From an uncultured Caldisericota bacterium (GTDB lineage Bacteria; Caldisericota; Caldisericia; UBA6126), in contig CAZBOU010000001.1 of the NCBI GenBank assembly GCA_964493625.1, forward strand, positions 10,822 through 74,821: a stretch of DNA of 64,000 bases, in the 5' to 3' direction. Position numbers and translations under genes: made by a program. Shown here one piece after another: positions 1 through 10,045 of the stretch. The stretch's first letter is position 1; every line of letters begins with the position of its first letter. The notes beneath the pieces are model-generated. The model worked only from the letters and a program-made list of their open reading frames with translations. It searched no databases and was not told the origin of the DNA.

Positions 1-11
1 CTTGATTTGTA

Positions 12-2294
12 TTGATGGATCCGGATAAAAGAACGGTTCCAATTTTTTTTCTAAGCCTCTTGACGGGGATTGCTTTTGCATTTATTCCTACCATATCTAT
101 CGCGATTCCTATATTGTCTACTCTTGTACTGCTCTATCTATTTTTTCATTTTTTTTCTCATCCTTCATTGACTCTACGAAGAAGAGTTGGTTTGTTTTTT
201 GTTCTTTTGTTTCTTTTTTCCTATGGATTCGTCATGATAAAGAAGCCCTACTCCATGGAAACAACGTTGGTCCCAGGCCAAGAGGTATGTATCGAAGGGA
301 AGATTGTTGAACATCCCATTCATTATTCCAATCAATCACGGCTAGTTGTAAAAACATCCGATACAAGACTTTTAGTAAAGCTATATTCACCATCTACCCA
401 ACTAGTAGAGCAGCTATATATTGGTGCTACCATACAGTGCGAAGGAGTGGTTGAAGATATCTCTCGATATCTTCAACCAAAAGAAACAGAGGATTTCTAT
501 CGAAAAAAGAATAACATTGCGGGGATCCTACGGGTAGAATCCGAAGATGTAGAACAGATTCAAATTCCAGAAAATCTTTTTATGCAATGGATGCACAAAA
601 GTAAAATTGCAATGCGTACCAATTTGGAAACTGCTACGCGAGGAAATTCTTCTTTGCTCCCCTTATTAAAGGCTATTGTATTAAATGAAAAAACAGATCT
701 TCCCAGAGAATCTTATGCGGAAATTGGGCTTTCCCATCTTCTATCTATATCAGGGCTTCATTTTTCTATCATTTCCTTGCTTTTGCTTTTATTTTTACTG
801 TGCTTTCCGATACCTCCTTTTGGGAAATTTTCTCTTTCGCAGCTCTTTATGTATTTGTACCTTTTTTTTATTGGATTTCCTATTCCCGCTGTAAGAGCCT
901 ATATCATGGTTACACTATTTTCACTGTCCTTTCTGGTGAAAAGAAAGTCTGATCCTTTTTATGCCTTGATGACTGCAGGATTTTTACTCATTCTTCTATC
1001 TCCTCATACGGTGCTGAGTATTTCTTTTTGGTTTAGTTTCATGTGTACAGCAGCATTGTGTATACCTGGTTCATGGATGCAAAAAGCTGGTTTGTTGTTT
1101 TTTGTTTCCTCCTTGTTATCTAGTGCATTTTTTCACATGATGTCGATGGTAAGTGTTTTCAGCAATGCCATTTTCTCCCTTTTTTTTACACCATTTTTCC
1201 TTTGGGGATGGATTAGTCTATGCATTCCTGGTTTGTCCAGTGTGTTATTGTACCCCATTATGAATGGATTGTTTGAGGGTCTTCAGTTTATAGCAAAAGC
1301 ACTGCATTCTCTTCCGGGTTCTTACCGGTATGTATCGGTTGCATCACAAGAAATCAATATTTTCTTTGTAAGTATTGTATTTCTTCTATTCTTTGTTGCT
1401 TACTATCACCTTTTTCAAAAAGCTATCAAACGGATCATTGCAAGTATTCTTTGTATAGCAATGATTTTTCTGTTTGTTCCTACTCCTTCTTCAACAGCTA
1501 GGATTACTTTTTTCCACGTGGGAGAAGGAGACTCTGTTTTACTAGAGTTTGATCAACAGGTAATCCTTATCGATGCCGGAGAAATGCCAGCTAGAAATGA
1601 CTCGGGGTATTATCCAGCCAAAAATGTTATTGTACCCCATCTCAAAAAGAGAGGTATTAACAGAGTTCATCTCATTGTTCTTTCTCATTTCCATTCGGAT
1701 CATTATGGGGGGATTCCTTGGATTCTTCAACATATCCCTACCGTAGATGCTTTGTGGATACCATCAACAAAAAGTAAGGAGAAAAAAGGATTTACGGAAT
1801 ATATGAAAAGAAATGCTTTTTTCTATCCATATACAATGCAAATATCCAGGAATAGACAATGCCATTTTTCTGCTACGTCATCTCTTTGTTTGATTCCAAT
1901 GAATACCTATTTACCGTCTTCTATTACAGAAAATGAGAACAACCAGTCTATGATGGTACTTTTTACGTATGGAGAAAAACGGTTTCTTTTTACTGGCGAT
2001 ATGGAGTCGGAAGCCGAAAAGCTTGCCATAAGAATTGTAGGCAATGAGTTACGGGCCGATGTTTTGAAAGTTGCCCATCATGGGAGCAATACATCTTCTA
2101 CCGAAGAGTTTTTGCGATGGGTACACCCTTCTATTGCAGTGATCTCATGCGGAGATTATCGTATACACCGGCATCCTTCACCGCTAGTAGTGGATCGATT
2201 GTTAGATCAGAACAGTATTGTTCTTACAACTCACGATGAAGGTACTATTGTTCTGGAAACAGACGGGACCCATATCTGGGAAGTAGATGAATAG
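12..2294 (+). CDS. comEC: DNA internalization competence protein ComEC/Rec2
   Basis: N-terminal TM helices plus an OB-like region. Competence-domain motif SHLLSISGLH. C-terminal metallo-beta-lactamase domain (HVGEGD, HFHSDH, TGD, KVAHHGS, HRHP). Start position uncertain near the window edge. Confidence 0.93.
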   Translation: MMDPDKRTVPIFFLSLLTGIAFAFIPTISIAIPILSTLVLLYLFFHFFSHPSLTLRRRVGLFFVLLFLFSYGFVMIKKPYSMETTLVPGQEVCIEGKIVEHPIHYSNQSRLVVKTSDTRLLVKLYSPSTQLVEQLYIGATIQCEGVVEDISRYLQPKETEDFYRKKNNIAGILRVESEDVEQIQIPENLFMQWMHKSKIAMRTNLETATRGNSSLLPLLKAIVLNEKTDLPRESYAEIGLSHLLSISGLHFSIISLLLLLFLLCFPIPPFGKFSLSQLFMYLYLFFIGFPIPAVRAYIMVTLFSLSFLVKRKSDPFYALMTAGFLLILLSPHTVLSISFWFSFMCTAALCIPGSWMQKAGLLFFVSSLLSSAFFHMMSMVSVFSNAIFSLFFTPFFLWGWISLCIPGLSSVLLYPIMNGLFEGLQFIAKALHSLPGSYRYVSVASQEINIFFVSIVFLLFFVAYYHLFQKAIKRIIASILCIAMIFLFVPTPSSTARITFFHVGEGDSVLLEFDQQVILIDAGEMPARNDSGYYPAKNVIVPHLKKRGINRVHLIVLSHFHSDHYGGIPWILQHIPTVDALWIPSTKSKEKKGFTEYMKRNAFFYPYTMQISRNRQCHFSATSSLCLIPMNTYLPSSITENENNQSMMVLFTYGEKRFLFTGDMESEAEKLAIRIVGNELRADVLKVAHHGSNTSSTEEFLRWVHPSIAVISCGDYRIHRHPSPLVVDRLLDQNSIVLTTHDEGTIVLETDGTHIWEVDE

Positions 2295-3079
2295 AAGGGA
2301 TCAGCCGAGGGATTTGGTTTGAAAGCCATACTATTTTTTAGTTCCAAAAAAGAGAGAGTAATGCTCTGGATACCATCTCCATAAGAAGCAACTTGATAAG
2401 GATCAAACGTAACAAGCAATCCCTGAGGAGTAATGCAAATGTTTTGGTAGTTGTCAAGAATAGGCTCGGTACCTTGTTGTATCCATTCAGGATCTACGGT
2501 GTTGTTGTTTTTTTGGAGCTTTTGGGGGAGCTTTGACCGAACTAAAGACGAAATTGTCTTCAAATAGTTGGATTGGGACAAAAAAAGATCCTTTGTATTC
2601 ATTTTCGTTCTTTTTTGAAAATCAATATTGAGTGCTTTGGAGTATTCATGAGGGTGAGCACCTCCTAGATCAATACTAAAAAATAGTTGTATACTACAGT
2701 GCTCTCTGCTTAGGTAGTGCGGTTTAAAATCAATCCAAAAGACAGCTTTATTAGGCATGCCATCAGCTGGTAAATTTTCAGAAACGCTCTGCTCCCATTT
2801 TAACTTTTCCTTGGAGAGAAAAGCTTGAACAATCTCATTGATGGTAGAAACTGGTTGGGAATCATCTAAATTAACAAAGGTGGGTATGGAACCTTGTATT
2901 TGATAGCGACCTTCTAAAAATGTTTCGTCAAGTGCTTCCCCATGGATTGCATACAAGGGGGGTACTGTATCTTGGGGTATTCTGCAGTTGGATCGAGAAC
3001 AGTGTGAACAAAATAAAATGCACAGAGAAAGTGTTACAAACAAATGAATATATTTTTTTCTCCTGATGAGTCTATTCAT
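2231..3079 (-). CDS. DUF3298/DUF4163 (RsiV/PdaC-like) exported protein, possible lipoprotein
   Basis: Motifs GGAHPH and FDPYQVASYGDG are typical of DUF3298. Signal peptide with Cys (LFCSHC). ATG at 3079 follows a GAGGAG SD. The 3' end overlaps comEC. Confidence 0.75.
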   Translation of the reverse strand: MNRLIRRKKYIHLFVTLSLCILFCSHCSRSNCRIPQDTVPPLYAIHGEALDETFLEGRYQIQGSIPTFVNLDDSQPVSTINEIVQAFLSKEKLKWEQSVSENLPADGMPNKAVFWIDFKPHYLSREHCSIQLFFSIDLGGAHPHEYSKALNIDFQKRTKMNTKDLFLSQSNYLKTISSLVRSKLPQKLQKNNNTVDPEWIQQGTEPILDNYQNICITPQGLLVTFDPYQVASYGDGIQSITLSFLELKNSMAFKPNPSADPFYSSTSQIWVPSVSRTIVPSS

Positions 3080-3144
3080 GAAAACCAACTCCTCGTTATG
3101 TAGAATTCATGTAGAATTGTACCATGAAATGGTTCATTATCGAA

Positions 3145-3173
3145 TTGACAGGGCAACTGTGTTGCAGTATGAT
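3145..3173 (+). promoter_or_regulatory. sigma70/sigmaA promoter of the aminopeptidase gene
   Basis: TTGACA, 17 bp spacer, TATGAT, upstream of a GGAGG SD and the ATG at 3209. Confidence 0.75.
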
Positions 3174-3208
3174 AAAGTTCATATGTCTATATACACTGGA
3201 GGATTTTC

Positions 3209-4615
3209 ATGAACAAAGAAAAATCATTGATAGAAGAAAAGAAAGAAAAACTTTTTTTTCAGAAAAAATTTGTTTGGAAAGCATCAAATAGCGATTCTAT
3301 CCAAACGTTTGCTAAAGAATACAAAAAGGTTTTAGACCTTGGAAAAACAGAACGTATTTTTACACAACAAGTAAAAAGCATTCTGCTTTCTCACGGATTT
3401 GAAGAACTAAATTCGCAAACACCTCTAAAAGGCAAAAAATATTTCCGAGTGGTAAACGAAAAAGGAATATTTGCTTTTGTGCCAGGGAAACAGAACATCT
3501 CCAATGGAATGAATTTCATCGCTACTCATATCGATTCACCCAGGCTTGACGTAAAGCCAAATCCACTGTTTGAAGATACGGGAATTGCTTTTTTGGATAC
3601 TCATTACTATGGAGGTATTAAAACATACCAGTGGATGAATATCGCATTGGCTCTTCATGGTGTTGTTACCAAAACCAACGGTGAAGTGATTGAAATTCAT
3701 GTTGGGGAAAAAGAAGAAGACCCTATTTTTATGATATCGGATATTCTTCCACACTTGGCCAAAAATTACAAGACAAAACCTGTGGGAGAAGTGTTTAGCA
3801 ATGAGAATCTGGATGTCATAGTAGGAAGTTTACCATATGAGTTTAACACCGATGAAAAAGACACCATAAAACTTTTTGTTCTTGATTATTTGCATGAAAC
3901 CTATGGAATTGCAGAGCAGGACTTTTTTAGCGCAGAATTGGAATTTGTACCAGCATGTACCGCAAGAGATGTAGGTTTTGACCGAGGATTGATGGCAGGA
4001 TATGGTCATGATGACCGCTGCTGTTCTTATCCCGCGATCAAGGCATTGGTGGATGCAAAACCCCCTGAAAAAGCAGCCGTTGCACTTCTTTTTGATAAGG
4101 AAGAAATTGGTTCTGTGGGAACAACCGGGGCCATGACACATTTAATGGAAGTTTTTATTGAAGACCTTATGAAACAAGAAGACGATCCTGTTTCGTTGCA
4201 CAAAGTTTTATCTCTTTCTTCCTGTCTATCAGGAGATGTGGGTGCTGGTTTTGACCCGCACTTTAAAGAAGCATTTGAAGCAAAAAATGCAGCGGAGCTT
4301 CACAAAGGCGTTATTCTCACAAAATATACCGGCTCTGGCGGAAAAGGGGGAGCAAACGATGCCCACTCTGAATTTTTAGGAAACGTACGATCCGTTTTTG
4401 AAAATCACAAAATTGCTTACCAAGTAGCCGAATTGGGAAAAGTAGATATTGGTGGCGGTGGAACGGTAGCTGGGTATTTCGGCAATCGAGGAATACAAAC
4501 GGTAGACGTAGGAATACCGGTCCTTTCCATGCACTCCCCTCAAGAAATCATTGCCAAAGATGATTTGTATGAGTTGTATCGAGCCTACAAAGGATTTTTT
4601 GAAGAGTACAAATAA
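3209..4615 (+). CDS. M18 family aminopeptidase (ApeA-like)
   Basis: Motifs HIDSPRLD, HYYGGIK, GHDDR, DKEEIGS, GGGGTV and SMHSP. Confidence 0.9.
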   Translation: MNKEKSLIEEKKEKLFFQKKFVWKASNSDSIQTFAKEYKKVLDLGKTERIFTQQVKSILLSHGFEELNSQTPLKGKKYFRVVNEKGIFAFVPGKQNISNGMNFIATHIDSPRLDVKPNPLFEDTGIAFLDTHYYGGIKTYQWMNIALALHGVVTKTNGEVIEIHVGEKEEDPIFMISDILPHLAKNYKTKPVGEVFSNENLDVIVGSLPYEFNTDEKDTIKLFVLDYLHETYGIAEQDFFSAELEFVPACTARDVGFDRGLMAGYGHDDRCCSYPAIKALVDAKPPEKAAVALLFDKEEIGSVGTTGAMTHLMEVFIEDLMKQEDDPVSLHKVLSLSSCLSGDVGAGFDPHFKEAFEAKNAAELHKGVILTKYTGSGGKGGANDAHSEFLGNVRSVFENHKIAYQVAELGKVDIGGGGTVAGYFGNRGIQTVDVGIPVLSMHSPQEIIAKDDLYELYRAYKGFFEEYK

Positions 4616-4652
4616 GCTTACATAGACTTTTGTAGCTGTAGCACGGACACGT

Positions 4653-4690
4653 AAAATCCCCCCGCCAAATCTAGGCGGGGGGATTTTTTT
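4653..4690. terminator. bidirectional intrinsic terminator
   Basis: AAAATCCCCCCGCC, loop, GGCGGGGGGATTTTTTT, between two convergent genes. Confidence 0.85.
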
Positions 4691-5240
4691 ATGAGGATTG
4701 CTTTTCTGCAAAGTCTTTAAAAAAGTCTTTGATGCGGGGGAAAAGAAGGGAAAACAAAATGCTGTTAATGCCCGAATGCAGAATATTAAAAGGGACAATG
4801 GCTGGGAGTAGCATATTCTTTACTACTTCTATGGGAGCATTAAGGTAAATGGGGGTAATAAGCAAATTGGCAGGGATCATGATACCAGCACGTGAAAAGG
4901 TTCCCAGGAGCAAACCAATCCAAATACTCCCCTTTTTTTTGCTGCGTGCAATAGCCGAAAAAACCACAATAAATGTGCTTGAAGCAATGAAGTGCATAAG
5001 CATTCCCCACAAACCACCTTCTCCTCTGAAAAAGATGAAGAGGATGGCTTTTATAGCAGAGCCAAGAATGCCAAAAAGAGGTCCGAAGAAATACCCGATG
5101 AACAAAAGAGGTAGATCGCCTGGAGAATACAATAAAAAAGGTGCACTGGGAAGAATTGGAAATGCAATCAGTAACTCAAAAACAACTGCCAAAGCGATTA
5201 AAACGCCAATAACGCTAAACAATTGAACCGATTTTTTCAT
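4689..5240 (-). CDS. ECF transporter S component, riboflavin transporter RibU-like
   Basis: 183-aa membrane protein with PFLxYxPGDLP and PFN motifs. FMN riboswitch directly upstream. Confidence 0.85.
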   Translation of the reverse strand: MKKSVQLFSVIGVLIALAVVFELLIAFPILPSAPFLLYSPGDLPLLFIGYFFGPLFGILGSAIKAILFIFFRGEGGLWGMLMHFIASSTFIVVFSAIARSKKKGSIWIGLLLGTFSRAGIMIPANLLITPIYLNAPIEVVKNMLLPAIVPFNILHSGINSILFSLLFPRIKDFFKDFAEKQSS

Positions 5241-5279
5241 ACATCACCTCGAAGTATTTTTACTTCAAGGGCTATTTCG

Positions 5280-5399
5280 GGAATGCCTTCTCCCGTCCAG
5301 ACTATACTGTCGGTATCGGAATTTCACCGAATCATGCTTATGAAAGCTCGCGGACTTTTACCGCCGGTAGGGACTCTCACCCTGCCCTGAAAGCATTCC
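5280..5399 (-). promoter_or_regulatory. FMN riboswitch (RFN element)
   Basis: The minus strand reads AGGGCAGGGTGAGAGTCCCTACCGGCGGTAAAAGTCCGCGAGC...GATTCGGTGAAATTCCGATACCGACAGTATAGTCTGGACGGGAGAAG, matching the RFN consensus, and is closed by a P1 stem. Confidence 0.96.
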
Positions 5400-5400
5400 T

Positions 5401-5429
5401 ATCATAGTACATTTTAAGCAAGAATTCAA
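5401..5429 (-). promoter_or_regulatory. promoter of the riboswitch-ribU transcript
   Basis: TTGAAT, 17 bp spacer, TATGAT on the minus strand immediately before the riboswitch. Confidence 0.55.
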
Positions 5430-5452
5430 TACTTTATTGAAATATTGAAACC

Positions 5453-5737
5453 TTACGCGCCAGAGTTCTTAGATTCACCACATTGATCACAGTTTGCAGA
5501 ACATTCTTCATCGTTTTTTGCAGAATCATCGTCGGATTCATCATCGGGCATTTCAAAGGTTTCTTCTTTTGCAGGAGTCATGAAACCAACGATTAAAACA
5601 ATAATGCCTGCCATGATAACGAAGCAGATAGCAACTCCAAGTAAAAATGGCCAAAAAATAAGCCACCAATGGACTCCCATCCATATGCCAACAATCGTCA
5701 CAATGAGGCCTGCTAAGATGTACAACCATTTTTTCAT
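5453..5737 (-). CDS. small membrane protein, two TM helices with an acidic Cys-containing tail
   Basis: 94-aa ORF with AGGAGG SD. Two hydrophobic segments. C-terminal CSANCDQC. Confidence 0.75.
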   Translation of the reverse strand: MKKWLYILAGLIVTIVGIWMGVHWWLIFWPFLLGVAICFVIMAGIIVLIVGFMTPAKEETFEMPDDESDDDSAKNDEECSANCDQCGESKNSGA

Positions 5738-5844
5738 CTAAATCCTCCTAAAAAATAGAAAAATCAAAATCAATTTGAGTTTATCACAAAATGCGATTTT
5801 TACTATAATCATTAAATGGCTAAAAAAAACCAAGTGAGGACAAT

Positions 5845-8265
5845 ATGCAAAAAAAAGACTTTCCTTTTAAACAAATTGATGAGAAATGGCATACAAAATG
5901 GGAAGAAGAGGGTCTATTTCGGGTAGGCGTTGATCACTCAAAAAAGAAGTTTTACATATTGGATATGTTTCCCTACCCATCAGCTGCAGGTCTTCATGTA
6001 GGACATCCCGAGGGGTATACAGCTAGCGATATTGTTGCTCGGTACAAAATGATGCAAGGATTTCAAGTATTACACCCAATGGGTTGGGATGCCTTTGGCC
6101 TACCAACAGAAAATTATGCAATTCAAAAAAAGATTCATCCTGAAATTGCAACAAAAGACAATATTCAGAATTTTAAGCGGCAGATCTCTCGCTTTGGTTT
6201 TTCTTATGACTGGTCTCGTGAAATTACAACATCGGATCCCTCTTACTACAAATGGACGCAGTGGATTTTTATCAAACTATTTGAACACGGTTTAGCCTAT
6301 GAAAAAGAAGCTCCCATCAATTGGTGCCCTTCCTGTAAAACGGGATTGGCCAACGAAGAAGTTGTTAATGGAAAGTGTGATCGGTGTGGGGCGATCATTG
6401 AAAGAAAGTACCTTCGTCAGTGGATGCTACGGATTACTGCATATGCCCAACGATTGTTGGATGATTTAGATATTGTTGATTGGCCACAAGATGTAAAGGC
6501 TATGCAAACCAATTGGATTGGCAAATCATACGGTGCTACTGTTTTTTTTCCTATTGTAGGAACGGATGAAAAAGTCGAAATTTATACAACAAGACCAGAT
6601 ACTATTTTTGGCGCAACTTATATGGTGCTATCTCCTGAACATCCTTTACTTGACCAATTGGTAACTGGAGAATATAAAAAGAAAGTAATGGAGTATCGAG
6701 ACAGTATTCAATCCAAAAGTGACTTGGAAAGAACTGAGTTAAATAAAGACAAAACAGGAATTCATACCGGTTTGTATTGCCAAAATCCTATGACCGGAGA
6801 CAACATACCCGTTTACGCTGCAGATTATGTGTTAATGAGCTATGGCACCGGTGCCATAATGGCTGTACCTGCCCACGATCAAAGAGATTTTGATTTTGCA
6901 CAGAAATATCACCTACCCATCATCCCTGTTATTGAACCTAGCGATATGGATATGCCAACCGACAAAGCTTTTGATTTGCCAGGAAAGATGATTCATTCTG
7001 GTTCTTTTAATGGCATGCCTTCAGAAGAAGCAAAAAAGTTGATCGTGCAATCGATGGAAGAACGACATATTGGAGAAGCTTCTACGCAGTATCGCCTACG
7101 AGATTGGATTTTTTCTAGACAGCGTTTTTGGGGGGAGCCTATCCCGATTGTGCATTGTGAAAAGTGTGGTTGCGTACCGGTACCAGAGGATCAATTGCCA
7201 TTGACACTTCCAAAAGTAGAATTCTATGAACCTAGTGGAACTGGCGAGTCACCTTTAGTAGAGATAAAAGATTGGGTACAGACAACATGTCCAACATGTG
7301 GGGGGCCTGCTAAAAGAGAAACGAATACTATGCCACAGTGGGCAGGTTCTTCCTGGTATTATATCAGGTATGTAGATCCTTCTTGTCAAAAAGGATTAGC
7401 CTCTGAAGAAGCTTTGCAGTATTGGTTACCTGTTGACACTTATATTGGAGGAAAAGAACATACCAATTTACATCTATTGTATGTTCGATTTTGGCATAAG
7501 TTTCTTCAAGATATTGGCATTGTTCATTGTCCAGAACCATTTGTAAAATTACGAAATCAAGGGATGGTATTGGCAGAAGATGGAAGAAAAATGTCGAAAT
7601 CTTTGGGCAATGTGATCAATCCAGATGAAGTTCTTGATCTCTATGGAGCGGATGTTATTAGAATGTATGAAATGTTCATGGGACCTTTTGAACAAGAGTC
7701 ACTTTGGAATACACAAGGCGTAGAAGGGATTAAAAGGTTTATTAACAAAGTGTGGTCTCTTGCTACAGAAGGTACTATACGAAATGAAGAAGCATCTGAT
7801 GAAACTTTACGACAAATGCACAAAACCATAAAAAAAGTGACAGAGGATATTGATGACTTTTCATTTAATACCGCCATATCCTCTTTGATGATCTTTGTGA
7901 ATCATATGCAAAAACTATCGACTCTTCCAGCTGTGTCTATGAAAACTTTGTACCAACTTCTAGCCCCTTTCGCACCGCATATATGTGAAGAATTATGGCA
8001 GCAGATGGGCAACAAAGACTCCATTTTTCAATCTTCATGGCCACCCTTTTTAGACGAATACTGTGAAGACCCCGAAATTGAAATTGCCATTCAAATAAAC
8101 GGAAAGGTTCGAGACAAAATTGTTGTTCCTTCTGATATTGATGAGAATTCTTTGAAAGAAAGAATAGTACAGAGAGAAAAAGTGCAGGATTATACGAAGG
8201 ATAAAACCATTCAAAAATGGATTGTTGTTCCTTCAAGACTGGTGAATATCATTGTTAAACCATAA
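5845..8265 (+). CDS. leuS: leucine--tRNA ligase
   Basis: MFPYPS...LHVGH (HIGH-like), editing-domain TTRPDT and GTGAIMAVPAHD, and KMSKS. Confidence 0.97.
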   Translation: MQKKDFPFKQIDEKWHTKWEEEGLFRVGVDHSKKKFYILDMFPYPSAAGLHVGHPEGYTASDIVARYKMMQGFQVLHPMGWDAFGLPTENYAIQKKIHPEIATKDNIQNFKRQISRFGFSYDWSREITTSDPSYYKWTQWIFIKLFEHGLAYEKEAPINWCPSCKTGLANEEVVNGKCDRCGAIIERKYLRQWMLRITAYAQRLLDDLDIVDWPQDVKAMQTNWIGKSYGATVFFPIVGTDEKVEIYTTRPDTIFGATYMVLSPEHPLLDQLVTGEYKKKVMEYRDSIQSKSDLERTELNKDKTGIHTGLYCQNPMTGDNIPVYAADYVLMSYGTGAIMAVPAHDQRDFDFAQKYHLPIIPVIEPSDMDMPTDKAFDLPGKMIHSGSFNGMPSEEAKKLIVQSMEERHIGEASTQYRLRDWIFSRQRFWGEPIPIVHCEKCGCVPVPEDQLPLTLPKVEFYEPSGTGESPLVEIKDWVQTTCPTCGGPAKRETNTMPQWAGSSWYYIRYVDPSCQKGLASEEALQYWLPVDTYIGGKEHTNLHLLYVRFWHKFLQDIGIVHCPEPFVKLRNQGMVLAEDGRKMSKSLGNVINPDEVLDLYGADVIRMYEMFMGPFEQESLWNTQGVEGIKRFINKVWSLATEGTIRNEEASDETLRQMHKTIKKVTEDIDDFSFNTAISSLMIFVNHMQKLSTLPAVSMKTLYQLLAPFAPHICEELWQQMGNKDSIFQSSWPPFLDEYCEDPEIEIAIQINGKVRDKIVVPSDIDENSLKERIVQREKVQDYTKDKTIQKWIVVPSRLVNIIVKP

Positions 8266-8282
8266 TAACAGAAAGAGGGTAT

Positions 8283-9986
8283 ATGGGGCCATTAGACGCA
8301 AATAATATTGCTTTTATCATTGGCGGTTTAGGTGTTTTTTTATATGGTTTGTTCACTTTTAGTGAATATTTAAAGGATGTTGCAGGGGATCAGTTAAAGA
8401 GTATTCTAAATTCTGCTACAAAATCACCCTGGATTGGCTTACTTACAGGTGCTCTTTTGGCTTCCTTGGTGCAATCATCTTCTGTGGTTACTGTGATTAC
8501 GTTGGCGTTTGTTAATTCTGGACTATTATCGTTTGAGCAGTCTCTAGGATTGATTTTTGGAGCTAATATTGGTACGACTATTACAGCTCAAATCATTGCA
8601 TTCAATATCTCTCAGTGGGGCTTCTATGTTATCCCCTTGGGTCTTTTAGTGGTTTTTGTTGCGAAAAGACGAAAACCAAAAGCTGTTGGTAACTCAATTG
8701 TTTCTTTCGGGTTTTTACTGATGGGGCTAAACCTCATGACTTCGGGTTTGAAACCCTTGCGCATATACGAACCTTTTGTACAAGTCATGGCAAATTTCGG
8801 AGAATCCCCCATTCAAGGAATTATTGCTGCTACACTATTTACGGGAATTGTTCAGTCCTCTTCTGCAACCACATCCTTGGTTGTAACTATGGCGAAAGAG
8901 CAACTGTTAAATATCAAAAGTGCCATTCCCTTGGTTTTGGGAGCAAATATTGGAACAACCATTACGGCAGCTTTAGCTTCTATCGGTGCAAACAAGAATG
9001 CAAAACGTGTTGCCATGGCCCACTTTATTTTTAACTTATCGGGAGTTATTGTCATATATCCCTTTATTGCGAATGGTTGGTATGCAGATCTTGTAGTAAA
9101 CTTGACGAATTATACTACAGGCGGTCATTATACCTTGCAAAGACTGATAGCTAACAGCCATACTGTATTCAATGTAGCATGGTCTGTGTTTTGGTGTTGG
9201 CAGATGTCACTGTTTGCTCGTGTAGTAAAATTCCTTATTCCTGGTGAGATGCAGAAATTTGCATTAAAGTCGTATTTAGATAAACGATTGATTGGAACGC
9301 CATCATTGGCGCTGGAAGCATGTAGAGAAGAGCTAGCAAGAATGGCTGGATTAGCGTACGATATGGTCGAAGGACAGATGTTAGTGATTTTAAAAAAGAA
9401 ACCCTTTAAGGATGCCAAAGAAGTTTGGGAAATAGAGAAAGTTGTGAACCAAATTAACCGAGATACTATTGTGTATCTAAAAGATTTGTATAACAGCAAT
9501 TTAACGGAAGAAGAAAGCAAAATTGCCTTAAACTATATGCATGTATCATCTGATTTGGAAAGATGGGGCGATCATGCAACGAATATTTTTGAGGTAGCAG
9601 AGCATATTTTTGAAAACAATACAGATTTGTCCAATGAGAATATTGAAAATCTAGAAAAACTTTTCCATATTGTTCAAGAAAATATGAAAATTACGAACTC
9701 CCTCTTGTCTTTTTCTCGGGAACATTATCAGATTACAGAACTGGATGGAATGTATGCTAAGGCCCGAAAAAGAGAAAAGGAAGTAGATTATTTATCAGAG
9801 AGTATTAAAGAAAACAATGTGAATCGCTATATGACTTCTCACGCCGATAATCTTAGTATAGATAATGCTGTCGTGGTTACTGATCTACTGACGAATTTAG
9901 AAAGAATTGGAGATCATGCTTACAATATTGTGAAGTACTTCACGATACCAAAAGAAAAAGATAAGTTTGCTGGAACCTCTCAGTAA
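8283..9986 (+). CDS. Na/Pi cotransporter family protein with C-terminal PhoU domains
   Basis: Repeated QSSS and GANIGTT motifs. PhoU-like ERWGDH and ERIGDH. Confidence 0.92.
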   Translation: MGPLDANNIAFIIGGLGVFLYGLFTFSEYLKDVAGDQLKSILNSATKSPWIGLLTGALLASLVQSSSVVTVITLAFVNSGLLSFEQSLGLIFGANIGTTITAQIIAFNISQWGFYVIPLGLLVVFVAKRRKPKAVGNSIVSFGFLLMGLNLMTSGLKPLRIYEPFVQVMANFGESPIQGIIAATLFTGIVQSSSATTSLVVTMAKEQLLNIKSAIPLVLGANIGTTITAALASIGANKNAKRVAMAHFIFNLSGVIVIYPFIANGWYADLVVNLTNYTTGGHYTLQRLIANSHTVFNVAWSVFWCWQMSLFARVVKFLIPGEMQKFALKSYLDKRLIGTPSLALEACREELARMAGLAYDMVEGQMLVILKKKPFKDAKEVWEIEKVVNQINRDTIVYLKDLYNSNLTEEESKIALNYMHVSSDLERWGDHATNIFEVAEHIFENNTDLSNENIENLEKLFHIVQENMKITNSLLSFSREHYQITELDGMYAKARKREKEVDYLSESIKENNVNRYMTSHADNLSIDNAVVVTDLLTNLERIGDHAYNIVKYFTIPKEKDKFAGTSQ

Positions 9987-10003
9987 AAGCTAACTGATAG
10001 TTG

Positions 10004-10040
10004 AAAAAAGAGCCAAGGGTGTATCCCTTGGCTCTTTTTT
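10004..10040. terminator. bidirectional intrinsic terminator
   Basis: Perfect inverted repeat AAAAAAGAGCCAAGGG-tgtat-CCCTTGGCTCTTTTTT between convergent genes. Confidence 0.9.
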
Positions 10041-10045
10041 GTATT

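Noticed and set aside
5738-5844. T-box leader upstream of leuS
   Set aside because: The gap is only about 107 bp, with no T-box consensus (GGTGGxACC) and no terminator.
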